DNA of 64,000 nucleotides from contig OX597843.1 in the NCBI GenBank assembly GCA_951406725.2, forward strand, positions 10,850,001 through 10,914,000, written 5' to 3'. The position numbers and the translations under genes are program-made. The notes under the pieces were generated by a model that was given only the letters and a program-made list of their open reading frames with translations, was not told the DNA's origin and ran no database searches. Positions 26,961 to 40,959 of the stretch are shown piece by piece (within the stretch, counting starts at the first letter, position 1; each line of letters begins with the position of its first letter). Source of the stretch: Octopus vulgaris. Its lineage: Eukaryota.

Positions 26961-28816
26961 TACGACAGGCTTCTTCCAGTTTCCGTCTACCAAATCCACT
27001 CACAAGGCATTGGTTGGCCTGGGGCTATAGCAGAAGACACTTACTCAAGATGCCACGCAGTGGGACTGAACTCGGAACCATGTGGTTGGTTAGCAAGCTA
27101 CTTACCACACAGCCACTCTTGCACCTAACAAATACATTTTTCAAAGAAAAAATCTTTAAAAATTTTTTTAAATGGCCCCGAATCTTATATGTGAAGTTGG
27201 GGCTTCTGTAAGTTTTAATGCATTAAAGACACTTTTCTTGAATATGCACTTCTTAAATTGGAGTGTTGCAAAAATTGTCACTGCACCTTTTATGTGATCA
27301 AAAATGGGACTTATGTATTTTTGGTAAAGGGCTGTCATGATTTAAATGGCCACCTCAATAGAAGTAGGAAGAGGTGCTTGCAATGATGGTCGTAGCAGCA
27401 GTATTGTAAACAGCCATGCCCCGCGCCCCCAAATTATTTTGAAACAGAAAAATTGCAAAAACAAAACACCAGACAATGTAACTAACAAACAAACAGAGAG
27501 AGATCTTCAAGATTACGCACAGTTGTTGTTCAATGGAAGAACACACAGAAAAAAATGAAACATGGACATTCACAAAAATAGCATTAAAAGCATTAATTTG
27601 AATGGAAAATCCACTTCATACAATGATGGCAATTACAATCATAATATTCTGTCTTTTGCAAATGCTGGGTAGCAGAAGTGACTCAACTTGAGCCAGCATA
27701 AAAAAAAGAGAGAAGGAATGGTTGAGTTACATTACAAATGACAATACCTCCTTGCCCCATCGAATTCATACAGGAAACAGTGAAAAAAAGATGACATATC
27801 TCTACTTTAAAACAAAGAAGCATTTGGAGTTTTAAATTCTACTGTCTTTGGCTGTCACCAATAAAAGAAATTATTATTATTATTATTATCATTATTATTC
27901 TATGTTTGACTTTTGCTTTATATTTGTACAAGTTGGCTCCAAGTTTCACCCAGAGACCTCAAGAGACAACAGGTTGGAAGTTCATGTTGTTGTTATGCCT
28001 AGTGTGCCATATATTTGGGGTTTTTTTAAAAAAGTTTTTGGGGTTGTACTAGTGAATGTCTAAAACATAGAAAGTATTTTGCGTAGGATATGAGCAGTTT
28101 CCATGAGCACTATCTTTTGAATTTCTGCCATTTTGGGGTTTCCTGGTATCTGAGTTAGGTAGCAATCAGCCCCTTTTGCTATCATTCCCAGGGCACCTAT
28201 GACAACAGGTATTGTTTTAGTCTTCAGGTTCCACATTTTGCTGATATTATTATTATTATTGAGTGAGCGAGCAGAGCATGCCATCAAAGTGACACTGGGG
28301 TAAAATATACGAAGCCCAGTATACCCATCATGACTACCCGTCTGATAAGGGTACACCAGACACATGCATCACAACCATATGTGCGCTACAGGGTGATCTT
28401 ATATCAAGATAAACAGCACATGACCTTGCAGGTGGAGCCCAGTTAGAATTTTCTTCAGATCGAGTAACCCATCCCGCTCAAAAGGTCCCTGAATAAGGGT
28501 TGTTTAAGGACATTGAACGAAACACCCATGTTTCCAGAGGTGAATTATTCAAACCCCAAAGAATCCTTCTCAACACATGGCTATGATGCTCCCCCACTAC
28601 TTCTGCTCGTGATCAGAGATGCACATATCGTCAGCCACTAAGGGACATGCTCAACTGGTTAAGGTCAAACAACTGACAAGCAAATCTGTGGTATTGAGCA
28701 GAATATTTGCTGTAGGCCATCTTTTATACCAAGACAAAACAATGTACATGATAACACTTCCAATCAGTTAAAAACAGAAGCCATGAGAGCCACTGCCTGG
28801 TACATTGCATCAGGGC

Positions 28817-28879
<63 letters not shown>

Positions 28880-29316
28880 TATTTGATGAGAACTCTCATT
28901 GCTTATTTTGCTGTGGTATGATGGAAATGTTTGCTGTGCCCATCTTTTAGCCAAGACAAAACAATGTGACACCTGTAACACTTCCAATCAGTTAAGATCA
29001 GAAGCCATGAGAGCCACTGCCTGGTACTGCATCAGGGCATTAGCAAATCTGTGGTATTGAGCAGAATATTTGCTGTAGCCCATCTTTTATACCAAGACAA
29101 AACAATGTACATGATAACACTTCCAATCATTTAAGATCAGAAGCCATGAGAGCCACTGCCTGGTACTGCATCAGGGCATTAGCAAATCTGTGGTATTGAG
29201 CAGAATATTTGCTGTAGCCCATCTTTTATACCAAGACAAAACAATGTACATGATAACACTTCCAATCAGTTAAGATTAGAAGCCATGAGAGCCACTGCCT
29301 GACATTGCATCAGGGC

Positions 29317-29364
<48 letters not shown>

Positions 29365-30334
29365 TATTTGATGAGAACTCTCAGCTTATTTTGCTGGGTA
29401 TGATGGAAAGTGTCAGCTGTCCACAGCCAGCAGACTAAGGTGACACCTGTTTACTGGTTATGCTTCAAGAACCCTGCAAAGAATTCTTGCGGTTCCAAGC
29501 AGTGCTTATTTGTAGGGGTTCTACCTTCACACTTGCGCCGGTCTTTAAATCATTGCAATTCTTCAGTATTTCTTCTTCTTTCTCTTTGATCCTGTTGTCA
29601 CCGGGACATGCTATGTCGATTATCATGCTTGTTTTTCTTTTTTATTCAACACAACAATGTCCAGTTTCTGATGTCTGGTTAAGTGATCACACTAGATCAT
29701 TGCATCCTACAGGATTTTTGCAATTCTCGTTCTCAGTGACTCCTTCTAGGGTTTGCTCATACCACGGCTTTTTCTCTTTGTAGGCTGTGATTTTCACAGA
29801 GCTTCCAATGGATCATTCTTGCCACATTGTCATGGCATCTTTTGTATTCATGTTTTGCCAATTTCAGGCATTCGCTAACAATGCGTCATATTGCTTCACC
29901 CCTCTCACCACATATTCTGCATTTATCACTTTTGGTTGTCTTTGTCTATTCTACACGTCACACAGTTGATCCTTAATGCTTGGTCGTGAGCTGCACACAT
30001 GAATGCTTTTGTCACTATCTTCCTGTTACTCCTCATTCATAGCCACTGGTCCTTTGTATCTGTTTCGGTGTTCACATCTCTTGCAAACTGACTGTACATT
30101 TTATTATTATTATTCTTTGATGAAAACTCAGCTTATTTTGCTGGGTATGATTGAAAATGTCAGTTGCCCACTGTCAGCAGACTAATGTGACACTTGTTTA
30201 CTGAGCATGCTCCAAGAACCCTGTAGAGAATTCTTGCAGTTCCAAGTAATGGTGATTTTTGTGAGTATTCTATTTTTACATTGGTTCCAATCTTTTTTTG
30301 AGCCATGTTGGTAGTTGGGTAATTATTATTATTA

Positions 30335-30368
<34 letters not shown>

Positions 30369-30603
30369 TTTTTTTCTTCTTTCAAATTTGTTTTCATTTC
30401 TTGCCGAGTGTCTTCCTGACTCCTAGGGCAAAGAAACTCATAGTATACATTGGTAGGCCATTAAACCAAACTCAATAGTTCGTTCATTTTTTTTTTTTTT
30501 TTTTTTTTAAAGTTAAATTAAAATACATGAGCAGCAACAGTTCTCACATCGACAATGCTCTTCTCAATACGTGTGATGTACCAATTATTATTATTATTAT
30601 TAT

Positions 30604-30635
<32 letters not shown>

Positions 30636-30830
30636 CTGATTTTACTGAGGTTCAGTTTTATTCCTGGCAGGATTTATGTGGGTAGTAGGCTACTACCTGT
30701 AACCTTAGGTATCCACAAGCTTTCAATAGTCTTTCAAGTGATAATCTTTTCTGCCCTTAAGAGGCAAACTTTCTGTAAAGCTCTACAGGTGATCTCATTC
30801 AAATCTGCTTCAACCATTTGTATATATCCT
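22290..30830 (-). mobile_element. Cluster of short R4/Dong endonuclease-end fragments interleaved with (ATT)n tracts
   Basis: LLIDMYVPQD...YKDLQIEI...IPVVIGALGMI (22506..22694); IPVVIGALGMI...IQKIVLMETAHILRKIL (28060..28245); similar pieces near 23.2, 24.1, 26.3 (+), 29.5, 30.2 and 30.7 kb. Confidence 0.75.
24294..24851 (+). mobile_element. ~555-bp non-autonomous repeat family D embedded in (ATT)n; second copy at about 28261-28820
   Basis: Two highly similar copies, each associated with (ATT)n at both sides; the terminal 139 bp is reiterated locally. Confidence 0.75.
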
Positions 30831-31325
30831 TACAATTCCCAAAGTACTCCCTTATAAAAATGGATATTTTGGATAATACAGTTCTTAATACTCTTCACCG
30901 CCCCCCCCCCAAAAAAAAACAGGCTGGTCATAACTGGAATGTTATTGATTATAAGTCTGATGAATCAGGGCTGACCTGGGGTTAAGAAACAACAAAGAGA
31001 GATAATATAATCCTTGATATACTATGTCTGACAATAAGACAGAATGATCATAACTGGGACACATAGGTCTCCTGGATCAGAATTGACCTGGGGCTAAACT
31101 AAACAGCAAAGGAAAACATATTAGATAATGGAGTCCTAGATATGCTATGTCTGACTATAAGACAGGATGGTCACAGCTGGAAATCCTAAGATCATAAGTT
31201 TGCAAGGTCAAGTTTATGTTTACTGGGGCTAAGCAACAACAATAACAAGGAAGGACACATTAGATAATGTAGTCCTAGATACACTATGCCTGAATAAAAT
31301 ACCAAATGGTCAGAGACAGAACACC

Positions 31326-32190
31326 TTGGATCAGAGATGTACTGGATCAGACTTCTACTGGATTAAAGATCTGCTAGATCAGAAATGTGCTGGATCAGAG
31401 AACTTCTGGATCAGAGATCACCTGGAACAGGGATCTACTAGGTCAGAGATGAGCTGGATCAGAGATCTACTAGATCAGAGATGTACTGGATCAGAGATCT
31501 GCTGGATCAGTGATGTACTGGATCAGAGATCTGCTGGGTCAGAGGTGTTGGATCAGAGATCTTCTAGATCAGAGATGTGCTGGATCAGAGATGTGCTGGA
31601 TTAGAGATGTGCTGGATTAGAGATCAGCTAGGTCAGATGTGCTGGATCAAAGATCTACTAGAACAGAGATGCACTGGATCAGAGATCTGTTAGATCAAAT
31701 ATCTAATGGATCAGAGATCTGCTAGGTCAGAGATATGCTGGATCAGAGATTTGCTGGATCAAAGATCGGCAAGTTCAGAGATCTACTGGATTGGGGATCT
31801 GCTAGATCAGAAATGTGCTGGATCAGAGATCTTCTAGGTCAGAGATGTGCTGGATCAGAGATTTACTGGATTGGGGATCTGCTAGATCAGAAATGAGCTG
31901 GATCAGAGACCTGCTAGGTCAGAGATGTGCTGGATCAGAGATCTTCTAGGTCACAGATGTGTTGGATCAGAGACCTTCTAGGTCAGAGATGTGTTGGATC
32001 AGAGTTCTGATGGATCAGAGATCAGCTAAGTCAGAGATGTGCTGGATCAGAGATCAGCTAAGTCAGAGATGTGGTGGATCAGAGATCTGCTAGGTCAGAG
32101 ATGTGGTGGATCAGAGATCAGCTAGGTTAGAGCTGTGCTGGATCAGAGATCTTCTAGATCAGAGATCTTCTAGATCAGAGATCTGCTGGA
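31326..32190. repeat. Minisatellite, ~20-bp unit (GATCAGAGATGTGCTG-type)
   Basis: Direct inspection. Confidence 0.92.
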
Positions 32191-32290
32191 TTGACTTGGA
32201 GCGAAATAACAAGAAGAAGGAAAGACTGATACATTAGATAACATACTCCAAGATACACAACACAAGATAATAACTGTTTTGCATGCTTAC

Positions 32291-32539
32291 AGGGATCTCT
32301 GGAAAGTTCCTTCTCATTGGGTGGTATTGTGAATTGGATGATGGGATTTGGTGCAAAACATCGATGAACACATTGCTGCTCACTATTGAAGTTGTTGTCG
32401 TTTCCATGACAACCAGTGTAGTAGAATTTCTGACAACTCACTGTCTCGTGGTCGAAGTACCATCGTAGTTTCCTGGCCCGGCAGTTTCCTACAGCCTTTG
32501 GCAGTTTACACACATCATCTGCTGCTGTTGGAGTTGTTG
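32291..32539 (-). CDS. Papilin-like gene, Kunitz exon with Arg at P1 (VCKLPKAVGNCRARKLRWY...CVHRC)
   Basis: Acceptor CTCTTTCAG|, donor T|GTAAGC; 249 bp; ORF 32175..32573. Confidence 0.9.
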
Positions 32540-32624
32540 CTGAAAGAGGATACAAATACACATATACACACACATATATATATATATATATCTATATTTA
32601 TAGTTTTTTATTCTCTTATTCTTA

Positions 32625-34562
32625 TTTTTTTATTGTCCACAAGGGAAAACAAACATAGAGGGGACAAACAAAAACAGACAAAGGGATTTAAGTCAATTAC
32701 ATCGACCCCCAGTGCGTAACTGGTACTTATTTAATCGACTCTGAAAGTATGAAAGGCAAAGTCGACCTCGGCGGAATTTGAACTCAGAACGTAGCAGCAG
32801 ACGAAATACCTATTTCTTTACTACCCACAAGGGGCTAAACACAGAGAGGACAAGCAAACGGATTAGGTCGATTATATTGACCCCAGTGCGTAACTGGTAC
32901 TTATTTAATTGACCTCGAAATGATGAAAGGCAAAGTCGACCTCAGCGGAATTTGAACTCAGAACGTAGTGGCAGATGAAATACCCATTTCTTTACTACCC
33001 ACAAGGGGCTAAACACAGAGAGGACAAACAAGGAGAGAAAAATGGATCAAGTTGATTACATTGACCCCGATGTGTGACTGGTACTTATTTAATTGACCCC
33101 GAAAGGATGAAAGGCAAAGTCGACCTCGGTGGAATTTGAACTCAGAACGTAGCAGCAGACGAAATACCTATTTCTTTACTACCCACAAGGGGCTAAACAC
33201 AGAGAGGACAAGCAAACGGATTAGGTCGATTATATTGACCCCAGTGTGTAACTGGTACTTATTTAATTGACCTCGAAATGATGAAAGGCAAAGTCGACCT
33301 CAGCGGAATTTGAACTCAGAACGTAGTGGCAGATGAAATACCCATTTCTTTACTACCCACAAGGGCTAAACACAGAGAGGACAAACAAGGAGAGAAAAAT
33401 GGATCAGTTGATTACATTGACCCCGATGTGTGACTGGTACTTATTTAATTGACCCCGAAAGGATGAAAGGCAAAGTCGACCTCGGCGGAATTTGAACTCA
33501 GAATGTAGCAGCAGACGAAATACCTATTTCTTTACTACCCACAAGGCTAAACACAGAGAGGACAAGCAAACGGATTAGGTCGATTATATTGACCCCAGTG
33601 TGTAACTGGTACTTATTTAATTGACCTCGAAATGATGAAAGGCAAAGTCGACCTCAGCGGAATTTGAACTCAGAACGTAGTGGCAGATGAAATACCCATT
33701 TCTTTACTACCCACAAGGGGCTAAACACAGAGAGGACAAACAAGGAGAGAAAAATGGATCAAGTTGATTACATTGACCCCGATGTGTGACTGGTACTTAT
33801 TTAATTGACCCCGAAAGGATGAAAGGCAAAGTCGACCTCGGCGGAATTTGAACTCAGAACGTAGCAGCAGACGAAATACCTATTTCTTTACTACCCACAA
33901 GGGGCTAAACACAGAGAGGACAAGCAAACGGATTAGGTCGATTATATTGACCCCAGTGTGTAACTGGTACTTATTTAATTGACCTCGAAATGATGAAAGG
34001 CAAAGTCGACCTCGGCGGAATTTGAACTCAGAACGTAGCAGCAGACGAAATACCTATTTCTTTACTACCCACAAGGGAGGTGTGTGTGTGTGTGTATATA
34101 TATATGATGAAAGGCAAAGTCGACCTCAGCGGAATTTGAACTCAGAACGTAGCAGCAGACGAAATACCTATTTCTTTACTACCCACAAGGGGCTAAACAC
34201 AGAGAGGACAAGCAAACGGATTAGGTCGATTATATTGACCCAAGTGTGTAACTGGTACTTATTTAATTGACCTCGAAATGATGAAAGGCAAAGTCGACCT
34301 CAGCGGAATTTGAACTCAGAACGTAGCAGCAGACGAAATACCTATTTCTTTACTACCCACAAGGGGCACAAACACAGAGAGGACAAGCAAACGGATTAGG
34401 TCGATTATATTGACCCCAGTGTGTAACTGGTACTTATTTAATTGACCTCGAAATGATGAAAGGCAAAGTCGACCTCGGCGGAATTTGAACTCAGAATGTA
34501 GCGGCAGACAAAATACTGCTCAGCATTTCGCCCGGGGTGCCAACGTTTCTGCCAGCTCGACA
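32625..34562 (-). repeat. Tandem array of SINE family B bodies (about 11 units of 172-187 bp, one truncated)
   Basis: Unit starts near 32636, 32823, 32997, 33181, 33355, 33537, 33709, 33893, 34067, 34181, 34355; only the last unit carries the SINE head. Confidence 0.9.
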
Positions 34563-35574
34563 CCTTTAAATGTAATCTCGCTGCCTTTCAATATAGTCTT
34601 CTATTCTCTTATTCCTTTACTGGTTTCAGTCATTTGACTGCAGCCATGCTGGAGCACCACCTTTAGTCGAACAAATTGACCCAGAACTTATTCTTTGTAA
34701 GCCTAGTACTTATTCTATTGGCGTCTTTTGCTGAACCACTAAGTTATGTGGATGTAAACACACCAACATCGGTTGTCAAGCAAAATTGAATGGACAAACA
34801 CAGACACAAATACACACACTCTTTTACTCTCTCTTTTACTTATTTCAGTCATTTGACTGAGGCCATGCTGGAGCACCACCTTTAATCGAGCAACTCGACC
34901 CCGGGACTTATTCTTTTGTAAGCCCAGTACTTATTCTATCGGTCTCTTTTGCCGAATCGCTAAGTAACGGGGGACATAAACACACCGGCATCGGTTGTCA
35001 TGCAATGCTAGGGAGACAATCACAGATACACAAACACACACATGCATATATATATATATATACATATATACGACAGGCTTCTTTCAGTTTCCGTCTACCA
35101 AATCCACTCACAAGGCTTTGGTCGGCTTGAGGCTATAGTAGAAGACACTTGCCCAAGGTGCCATGCAGTGGGACTGAACCCAGAACCATGTGGTTGGTAA
35201 GCAAGCTACTTACCACACAGCCACTCCTGTGCCTATATATATATATACATATATATGACGGGCTTCTTTCAGTTTCCGTCTACCAAATCCACTCTCACAA
35301 GGCTTTGGTTGGTCCAAGGCTATAGTGGAAGACACTTGCCCAAGATGCCATGCAGTGGGACTGAACCCGGAACCATGTGGTTGGTTAGCAAGCTACTTAC
35401 CACACAGCCACTCCTGCGCCTACATAATACACACCCACATAATACATATATGATGTGCTTCTTTCAGTTTCCATCTACCAGATCCACTCACAAGGCTTTG
35501 GTCAGCCCGAGGCTATAGTGGAAGACACTTGCCCAAGGTGCCACGCAGAGGGACTGAACCCGGAAGCACGTGTT

Positions 35575-35619
<45 letters not shown>

Positions 35620-36963
35620 AGGAGAATAGCATTAAGTATGGTACTTTTGAATCAGGTGGGGTTTCTAAAAGCTGTATTATATCTACTAGGGAGATTGGGA
35701 TGAGATTAAGGGCGATAGATCATAGGGTCCGAAACAGATATCAGAGCTTAGCACAGTCCCCTGGCTCTTATGATCTCGTTGAACTGTCCAACACATGTCC
35801 AGTATGGAAGATGGATGTGAAATGATGATGATAACGATGATACATTATATTACATTCATAAACATGTATGCACAAATGTGTAGGCATATCAAGCCAATGT
35901 TTCACTCCCTGCTGCTTGTCTTTTGATCCTCAGGCAGTATTTTTAGCTTTATTACTGTTGGCATTGCTGCATATAATGGTAGTTCCCAGGTGTCAAAACC
36001 ATAGTGGTATGCAATAGGCAGCTGCTGATGGGAACCTGTTTGATATGCTTGTTTGTGAATCTTATATATATATATTCCTGTCACAACCTGGGACCTTGAA
36101 GACTGCTTAAATGCAAGAAAGTATACTAGTCCCTTAATATTTTATATTCAATATTTCATCTATTCAATAAGACAATCAATACTTCATTTCATTTTACTAT
36201 AGATATATTATTTATACTATATATTCTATATTCTACATTAATATTATAAAGAATATAAGTAAAACATAAAATACAGAGTTGGAATTCTTTTGAAATATAT
36301 ATATATATATTCATATATTTATATTTGTATTTATTTATATTCACTTATACATACTGTACTTATTGTATCATATTACTCATTCATGTACATTGTTTTGTTC
36401 TGTACTATTATGTTTGGCCTTAATGTTCATATGTAGTGGTTTAATAAATTATGTGATTGGGTATTATCTGGTAGTTGATTATTGATTAAGGTGTATTTCT
36501 CCATTTTCTTATTTTGTATTATTAATTTGTGGTAAAACATTTTATCTTTGCCCATATAATACAATAAATGAATTAATTGCATCGCAATTCTTAACATTTA
36601 TGTATTAACTTTGTTGGGTGCTTTACTGGCAGTATATTGGATATATGTTATCCCATGGAGGGTTGCACTTACAACCCTTATCTCAATTTGTATATATATA
36701 TATATATATATATATTTATAAAATCAAGTAAAGGTAATAAACCTCATTAAGGGATCATAAATCCAATGAAAATACTGGTTAGTTACCAATCTATAGAAAG
36801 ATCAACTATAAGGAAACCACTATATAAACCATGGTTCATATATTTATATATTTAAAGAATATGGGGAAAATGTAGAGGTAATTGATAAAATTATTTATTA
36901 ATTATAAAATATGACAACATCTCTGACAGCTGTTTCGATTCAGAAATCTTTAGATAATTACTT

Positions 36964-37500
36964 GGATCTTTTCGGTTTGACTGGCAGTTTTTTCTAGCGG
37001 TGTCATATGAAATTGTCACCCATAATTATGACCCTAGAATCGATCTATTGCATTTCAATCTGTTTTAGGGTTAGGGGGAAAGGTATCTTTTTTCTTCAGA
37101 AATGTAAATAAACCCAATCTGTTTCTTAAACACATTCTACCAGTATACAAAGTTTAAAATTTTTTAGTTACCTAGAAATTATGTTAAAAACTGCCGTTCA
37201 AACCAAAAAGATCCCTTTTTTTCTTCAGAAATGTAAATAAACCCAATCTGTCTCTTAAACGAGGGACACATTCATACGGCACAGAATGTTTTTTTTTACC
37301 TCAATGGACGTCATTGATTGGTTGAAATTGCAGAAATTGAAGAAAAAACAACAACAAATATCTTACAAACTATAGAATTTTCTCAATAAAGCCAAGAGAA
37401 AAAGATGTTTTATAAACACATTCTACCAGTATATGAAGTTTAAAATTTTTTAGTTACCTAGAAATTATGTTAAAAACTGCCGTTCAAACCGAAAAGATCC
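36964..37500. mobile_element. MITE with GG termini and 8-bp TSD (Merlin-like, inferred)
   Basis: TIR GGATCTTTTCGGTTTGA / TCAAACCGAAAAGATCC; TSD aattactt at 36956-36963 and 37501-37508; an extra internal right end near 37190-37214. Confidence 0.85.
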
Positions 37501-37675
37501 AATTACTTTATAGAATTAAAATCATTATAAGATGAATCTCTTCAGATGTAATAAAGATATACTGATTAGAAATACATGTTGAGATAACGACTATAAAATC
37601 GTTAACTGATAGCATGTATCAGCTGGTATTAGAAGGGCTCAATCTAAGATAGGGGGAGAAGGTAGTGTGTATTAT

Positions 37676-38060
37676 GGAAGCACTCCGTTGGTTACGACGA
37701 TGAGTGTTCCGGTTGATCCGAATCAACGGAACAGCCTGCTCATGAAATTAACGTGTAAGTGGCTGAGCACTCCACAGACACATGTACCCTTAACGTAGTT
37801 CTCGGGGATATTCAGCGTGACACAGAGAGTGACAAGGACGGCCCTTTGAAATACAGGTACAACAGAAACAGGAAGTAAGAGTGAGAGAAAGTTGTGGTGA
37901 AAGAGTACAGCAGGGATCACCACCATCCCCTGCCAGAGCCTCGTGGAGCTTTTAGGTGTTTTCGCTCAATAAACACTCACAACGCCCGGTCTGGGAATCG
38001 AAACCGTGATCCTACGACCACGAGTCCGCTGCCCTAACCACTGGGCCATTGCGCCTCCAC
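37676..38060 (-). mobile_element. SINE family C with a 13-bp target-site duplication
   Basis: tagtgtgtattat at both 37663-37675 and 38061-38073. Confidence 0.9.
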
Positions 38061-38283
38061 TAGTGTGTATTATACTCTTTTACTTGTTTCAGTCATTTGA
38101 CTGCGGCCAGGCTGGAGCACCGCCTTTAGTCAAGCACTCGACCCCGGGAATTATTCTTTTTGTAAGCCCAGTACTTATTCTATCGGTCCCTTTTTGCCGA
38201 ACCGCTAAGTGACGGGGACGTAAACATACCAGCATCGGTTGTCAAGCAATGCTAGAGGGACAAACACTGACACACAAACATAT

Positions 38284-38316
<33 letters not shown>

Positions 38317-39001
38317 CGACAGGCTTCTTTCAGTTTCCGTCTACCAAATCCACTCACAAGGCTTTGGTCGGCCCGGGGCTATAGCAGAAGACACTTGCCC
38401 AAGGTGCCACGCAGTGGGACTGAACCCGGAACCATGTGGTTGGTTAGCAAGCTGCTTACCACACAGCCACTCCTGTGCCTTATATGTATTAAAGAAAGAA
38501 AAGAAGAGGTTAATATAATATAAAAGGGTATTGAGAAGGAGAAAAAGGAAAGAAAAAAGGGAAGCAGAGAAATGCAGGTGAGTCTGGAGTCTGGTGCAGC
38601 TCTCAAGCATACCAGTTCCAGTCAAACCCTCTAACCCATGCCAACATGGAAAGTGGACAGTAAATGATAATGATGATGATATAGATATTTATACACACAC
38701 ACACACACACACACACAAATATAGACACACACACACATACACTCAAATATATATATACACCCACACACAAATATATATATATACACACAAAGATATATAT
38801 ATATATATATAATGTGATAATTAAAAATAAAAATAAAAAATTGTCTGACAGTGCCCCGCGTCAGGTTCGTTTCGATTTGTTGGTTCGTTCCACCTCTTGT
38901 CTCCATTCAATTTTTATATATATATATATATATATATAAATATAGACACACACACAAATATATATACACACACACACAAATATAGACACACCCACACACA
39001 A

Positions 39002-39032
<31 letters not shown>

Positions 39033-39087
39033 GACATACACACAAATATATATACACACACACAAATATAGACACACCCACACACAA

Positions 39088-39152
<65 letters not shown>

Positions 39153-39296
39153 TACAAATATAGACACACACACAAACAATATATATATATATATGCACAC
39201 ACACACAAAGATATATACATACACACACAAACATACACACACTCACACACACACATACAAATATATATACATACATACACACATAAACACATACAA

Positions 39297-39340
<44 letters not shown>

Positions 39341-39587
39341 ACACACACAAATATATATATACATACACACAAACACATACAAATATATATATACACACAC
39401 GCACACACACACGCACACACACACACTCACACACACACACACTCACACACACACACAAATATATATATACATACACACAAACACATACAAATATATATAT
39501 ACACACACGCACACACACACGCACACACACACACTCACACACACACACACACACAAATATATATATACATACACAAAACACATACAA

Positions 39588-39619
<32 letters not shown>

Positions 39620-39703
39620 TCACACACACACACACACACACAAATATATATATACATACACACACAAACACATACAAATATATATATACACACACGCACG
39701 CAC

Positions 39704-39755
<52 letters not shown>

Positions 39756-40395
39756 TCACACACACATATATATGTTGTTATATTTCAGGATGGCCATTTT
39801 TTTTTTGTTTGCCAAATAAACACATGCACTATATATACACATCCATTCTTCCCTCATATACACACACGTGCGTCTGCAATGTTTCGGACACTTGACTCAG
39901 CATGTGTCCGCATGTGGCATAGGCGCAGGAGTGGCTGTGTGGTAAGTAGCTTGCTAACCAACCACATGGTTCCGGGTTCAGTCCCACTGCATGGCACCTT
40001 TGCCAAGTGTCTTCTACTATAGCCTCGGGCCGACCAAAGCCTTGTGAGTGGATTTGGTAGACGGAAACTGAAAGAAGCCTGTCGTATATATGTATATATA
40101 TATATGTATGTGTGTGTTTGTGTGTCGATGTTTGTTCCCCTAGCATTGCTTGACAACCGATGCTGGTGTGTTTACGTCCCCGTCACTTAGCGGTTCGGCA
40201 AAAAGAGACCGATAGAATAAGTACTGGGCTTACAAAAAAAGAATAAGACCCGGGGTCGAGTTGCTCGACTAAAGGCGGTGCTCCAGCATGGCCGCAGTCA
40301 AATGACTGAAACAAGTAAAAGAGTAAAGAGTAAAGAGTATGTTTATGTTTACATGTGCGTGGATGCATGTATGCATATAACACCAAACTACTCAC

Positions 40396-40581
40396 CTGCC
40401 ACATTGCTCTCTACCCGATGGTGACATTTACGGCGGCAGTCCTCTTCTGTATCATAACGATTACCATTGCCTCCACAACCACCATACCAGAATTGCTGAC
40501 AAGTTGAGCTTGCCCTGTCATAAAACCACTTGATGGTATGATCACTGCAAGTGCCGCTGTCCTTGTCAGAAATGCAGTCAC
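40396..40581 (-). CDS. Papilin-like gene, Kunitz exon (DCISDKDSGTCSDHTIKW...CRRKC)
   Basis: Acceptor GCACAG|, donor G|GTGAGT; 186 bp; ORF 40388..40606. Confidence 0.92.
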
Positions 40582-40654
40582 CTGTGCAACAACAAAAGGT
40601 AAACATTATTAGTTAAATTAAGATTTTCATGCACAGACAATGTTTTAGGAAATA

Positions 40655-40959
40655 CTAGCAGTATCGCCCGGCGTTGCTCGGATTTGTAAGGGAAATAACT
40701 ATATAAGCATTTTTAGAGAGTTACTTCCCTTATATAAACCGAGCAAAAAATGCATTAAAAATGCGGAAAAATGATGGTAAATTTTTTTTTAAATCGTAGA
40801 CTCATCGTAGACGTGCGCTAATACCCAAAAGGGCTCGATATGAATCACAACTATAAGATACCCGCTTTTGGTTAAACTGCACCGCAAAATGTGGGAGTAG
40901 TGAGGAATCTAAATCGGAGTAGACAGACACACACACAACTTCAGTTTTATATATAAAGA
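40655..40959 (-). mobile_element. Non-autonomous Helitron, second copy
   Basis: Reverse complement of the 15491-15862 family; TC...CTAG ends at an A|T site; 74 bp from the 40581 acceptor. Confidence 0.85.

Noticed and set aside
27355-27573. 72-aa hydrophobic ORF as an extra exon
   Set aside because: No convincing splice sites or domain motif
30956-30992. CTGATGA...GAAAC as a hammerhead
   Set aside because: No UH triplet or stems I and III; core is absent in the two neighbouring ~130-bp repeat copies
31326-31604. 92-aa repetitive ORF
   Set aside because: Minisatellite translation without splice or domain support
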